Below are positions 60,558 through 64,000 of a DNA stretch of 64,000 bases, piece after piece. Numbering within the stretch: the first letter of the stretch is position 1; each line of letters opens with the position of its first letter. This stretch comes from Octopus vulgaris (Eukaryota), in assembly GCA_951406725.2 (NCBI GenBank), contig OX597840.1, positions 14,446,001-14,510,000 of the forward strand, read 5' to 3'. The position numbers and the translations under genes are program-made. The notes under the pieces are model-generated. The model saw only the letters and a list, made by a program, of their open reading frames with translations. It was not told where the DNA came from and ran no database searches.

Positions 60558-60656
60558 CCATTGTATCACTCTCTTTCTCTCTCCATCTGTGTATTATATT
60601 CTACCTACAACTCTTGACCTCACTCTAAAACTCATTCTGTTTCTTTTCTAAATCAG

Positions 60657-60777
60657 ATTTGAACGGCACCACAATGTTGACAAATACAAGATGGTCTCAG
60701 AGCAGACAATGCCGCCAACCAATGTTAACCAAATGTCTACAACGGCCCTCGAGGACAACATGGCATTTGCATATCAG
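60657..60777 (+). CDS. Putative internal coding exon of an unidentified host gene
   Basis: Polypyrimidine tract TTCTGTTTCTTTTCTAAATCAG acceptor and CAG|GTAAGG donor. Open frame FERHHNVDKYKMVSEQTMPPTNVNQMSTTALEDNMAFAYQ in non-repetitive, higher-GC sequence. Confidence 0.6.
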
Positions 60778-61070
60778 GTAAGGGCACTTATCTTAGCAGA
60801 CGTCACTAACAATTTGACTCCATTTGACCTCACTATAAAAATTTGACCTGTTGACATTTTAACCCACTCTGCTTTGCATTTTTTCACTTTTTGTAAATTT
60901 GAAGAATTTGATAAAAAAAAATTAGTATGAAGTTTCCAACATCTAGTGAGTTCTTAACTGTATCATTGTGTTATCTTCACTCTCTTCCCCTGTGAATTCG
61001 TGACCGCGTGTGTACCGTTGGCGATTCTTTTTTCCTCTGTCTTCCCTTCTCTGGATTTTCCTTCTCCTAT

Positions 61071-61105
61071 GTTTCCGACGAAGAGCTCCGCTCAAAACGT
61101 TAAAC
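61071..61105 (+). ncRNA. Minimal hammerhead-like motif (same family as 28205)
   Basis: GTTT-CCGACGA-A-GAGC(tcc)GCTC-AAAA-CG-TT-AAAC within repeat ~60985-61205 that ends in (TA)n. Confidence 0.6.
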
Positions 61106-61744
61106 CCTCCTTCTTTCCTTCTTTCCTGAGCATCCAATAATACTATATTTGTTCCACGTCCTCGCGTTGTTGTGTTTTTTTGTGCTTTCTTGAATGGATT
61201 AACTATATATATATATATATATATATTTGAAGTTTTTCAATATATATGAAGATTTTTTTTTTAAACGTTCTTCTACAGAAGTAATTAAAGAAAATTTATT
61301 TATTGAAAAATACAGAACTTGCCTAAATATTAATGCATAACCAACTTTGGTCTCAATATATTTTTCAATTCATGATCACATATCCATCACTACATATTTC
61401 ACCTCACTAACTTAGCTCATCAGGTTTTGTATGTTTATTTATACCACCCCAAAAATGAATTATTCCCTCCCCTATCCTGAGTAATAACTATCACCAGTTA
61501 CCTCTCTTTAGGTTTTTCTACTTGTTGATTCATTCACAAACTTTCATACAAGAACATGGACTAAAATCTTTTTAAGAAAATACAAAATTACAATAATTTC
61601 AATGTCATAATTAGCGAAAGCAAAACCAGTCGACAACCACAATACTCTTTCCTTTAAAATATATTAAAATTATATAAACTGTGTGTATTTTGCTCATTTT
61701 ATATCATATATATATATACAGTGGCAATATGACCATTCCGAAAT

Positions 61745-61790
<46 letters not shown>

Positions 61791-61805
61791 ATGCAATAAT
61801 TTCAA

Positions 61806-61838
61806 TGTCATGATTAGTGAAAGCGAAACCGGTTGACA
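61806..61838 (+). ncRNA. Ultra-minimal hammerhead-like motif, A3:U8 variant (decayed twin at 61603-61635)
   Basis: TGTC-ATGATTA-GT(gaaa)GC-GAAA-CCGG-TT-GACA; twin TGTC-ATAATTA-GC(gaaa)GC-AAAA-CCAG-TC-GACA. Confidence 0.6.
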
Positions 61839-61929
61839 AACACAATACTCTTTTATTCAAAATATATTAAAACTATGTAAACTGTGCATTTTCCTTCTTT
61901 TATCTGATATATATATATTTTTGCATTGC

Positions 61930-62466
61930 AACTCACAACGTGGGGATAACCGAAATTCACTTCCTCCATTTTCTTACTTTATATATGTATGTACATATGT
62001 ATGTATAGTTGTAGCCAGTTTTTTTCTAGCATAGAGGATGTAAAACTCTTGTTTCTCATCCATTTCTCTCCTCTGAAATTTTCCCTGAAGACTCTCTGAA
62101 ACTGATTCTCCACTCCTAGCAGCAAGTTCATTGCACTCATTTTATGTACTTTACTACTACTACTGTCACCGTGATCACCCAGGCTATCAGATGTTGCTAC
62201 ACATCGCTGGTCACAATGCGCTTCGCATTGTTTTAGTCTCCAAATCACGCCACCCCACTGGCTAATCTAGCAGGTCAACAGAAGAAAGAGAGAGAGAAAG
62301 TTGTGGCGAAAGAGTACAGCAGGGATCGCCACCACCCCCTGCCAGAGCCTCATGGAGCTTTAGGTGTTTTCGTTCTATAAACACTCACAACGCCCGGTCT
62401 GGGAATCGAAACCGCGATCCTACAACTATGAGTCCGCTGCCCTAACCACTGGGCCATTGCACCTCC
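61930..62466 (-). mobile_element. tRNA-derived CORE-like SINE with a longer 3' region
   Basis: Head at 62390-62466 matches the 22805 and 53493 copies. Confidence 0.7.
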
Positions 62467-62506
62467 ACACACATACATATATACATATATATATATACAC
62501 ACATAC

Positions 62507-62537
<31 letters not shown>

Positions 62538-63489
62538 CATATGTGCATGGGTGTGTATCTGTGTATATGCATGCGCAAATACAACACACACACGCATACA
62601 CAGACACATGCTCAAATATATGTATGTGTCTATATACGTATTCTTTTATTGTTTTCAACCCTAAGTTGTAGCCATGCTGGAGCACTGCTGCTCCAACTTG
62701 AAGTATGAGTTTCAAATCCTTGGCCGGCAGGATGCTGGCTGGCTGGCTGACTGGCTGGTTGGCTGAACTAAAATGTCATCTTAGAAGTCACCAAGGACCA
62801 TAAATATATGCTAAGAGATAATGTCAATGTGCCGGAGGTGGCTTTACTTGGACACATGTTCACTTACACCATACATGTGTATATATGTACATATATGTGT
62901 ATGTAGGTATGTATGTATAAATGTGTGTGTATGTATTTCATACATTATAAGGAACAACCCAAGTACTGATGATGGAACTTGAACGACAAATATGTCCACA
63001 TACCAAAAAGGTTTCTTGTCTCCCCTCTTGGGCCAAGGTTGAATAAGCCATCAGGGTTAAATTTAAAGCCTCACTTAGTATAAATTTCGTATTGCATCAT
63101 CATCATCATCATAATTACTATGACCACCACCACCACTACCATCACCACCATCACCAACAACACCAGCACCATCACCACCACCTTTTTCTTCTTCTTCTTC
63201 TTCTCCATTGTCATCATCATAACCACCAACACAACCACCACATTCTTCTCCTCTTCCTCCTCCTTTTCTTTCTCCTTCTCCATTATGAATTTGTGTGCAA
63301 TTTTTATCCGTATTTTGTATTTAAATCTGTAAACAAAAAAGTTATTTATTCCAGAAAAATGAAAACTAATCAATTAGTTTGCTTGTGTGTGAAGGTGTGT
63401 GGATCTGGAGGGAGTTAGGATGGGGTGGAAATGTCTAACAACTTCTTGGAATTTTACTTAATAATTTTATGATTCATCATTTTTCATTC

Positions 63490-63960
63490 ATTTAACATCT
63501 GCTTTCCAAGCTGGCATGGGTTGGACAGTTTGACAGAAGCTGGCTAGGCAGAAGACTGTGCCAGGATCCAGTGTCTGTATGGTTTTTATAACTGGATGCC
63601 ATTCCTAACACCAACCACCCTGTAGAGTGGACTCAGTGCTTTTTACATGGCACCAGTACAGCTGGATGCCCTTCCAAATGCCAACCATTTCACAGTGTGG
63701 ACTGGATTTTTTGTGGCACCAGTACTGGCAGGGTCACTAAGTAACTTGCAAGACAAAACTCCTTTGAGAGGGGAGTAGGGCACTGGAGGAGGTGAACTTG
63801 TGCCAGATGATGAAAGGTTAGAGTGTGACAGAGGGACAGAAACAGGTGTCTTGCTGGGAGGTATATTGTTACCTGGTCAGAGAGAGGGAGAGTGATGAAG
63901 AATGAAGACAGAAACAGGTATGTTGCTGTAGAGAGGTTCTTGTTAGGAATTACGGAGCCA
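63490..63960 (-). mobile_element. Diverged RTE-type 3' UTR repeat
   Basis: GGCATGGGTTGGACAGTTTGAC...CTGGATGCCATTCCTAACACCAACC. Confidence 0.55.
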
Positions 63961-64000
63961 GAGGTTGCTGATCTGAGGTCAAACAATAACAACAATACTA

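Noticed and set aside
63071-63418. His-rich / Thr-rich ORFs
   Set aside because: Translations of (CAT)/(CAC)/(CTT) trinucleotide repeats.

Overview
AT-rich eukaryotic non-coding DNA, most likely intronic or intergenic. The SINE families and microsatellite load look like an octopus (cephalopod) genome; this is an inference from recognised repeats. Nearly all ORFs in the supplied track are translations of (TA)n/(CA)n/(TAA)n microsatellites or SINEs, including the three ~1600-aa ORFs. Supported content: tRNA-derived SINEs; decayed Tc1, maT-like, mariner and Tigger/pogo transposons; a non-autonomous Helitron with both ends; R4/Dong and RTE LINE fragments; a Penelope-like endonuclease fragment; a 37-bp minisatellite; a ~5-kb (TA)n array; and one plausible host exon (60657-60777). 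The main hidden signal is about 16 minimal type I hammerhead ribozyme-like motifs from about 12 unrelated sequence families. Most sit in short TA-flanked fold-back or tandem+inverted elements resembling Penelope-like pseudo-LTRs. Together their cores show all four Watson-Crick versions of the conserved 3:8 pair (C-G, G-C, U-A, A-U), and one element joins a tRNA-like Pol III head to a hammerhead. All folds were read by eye and activity is untested. Repeat boundaries are approximate.
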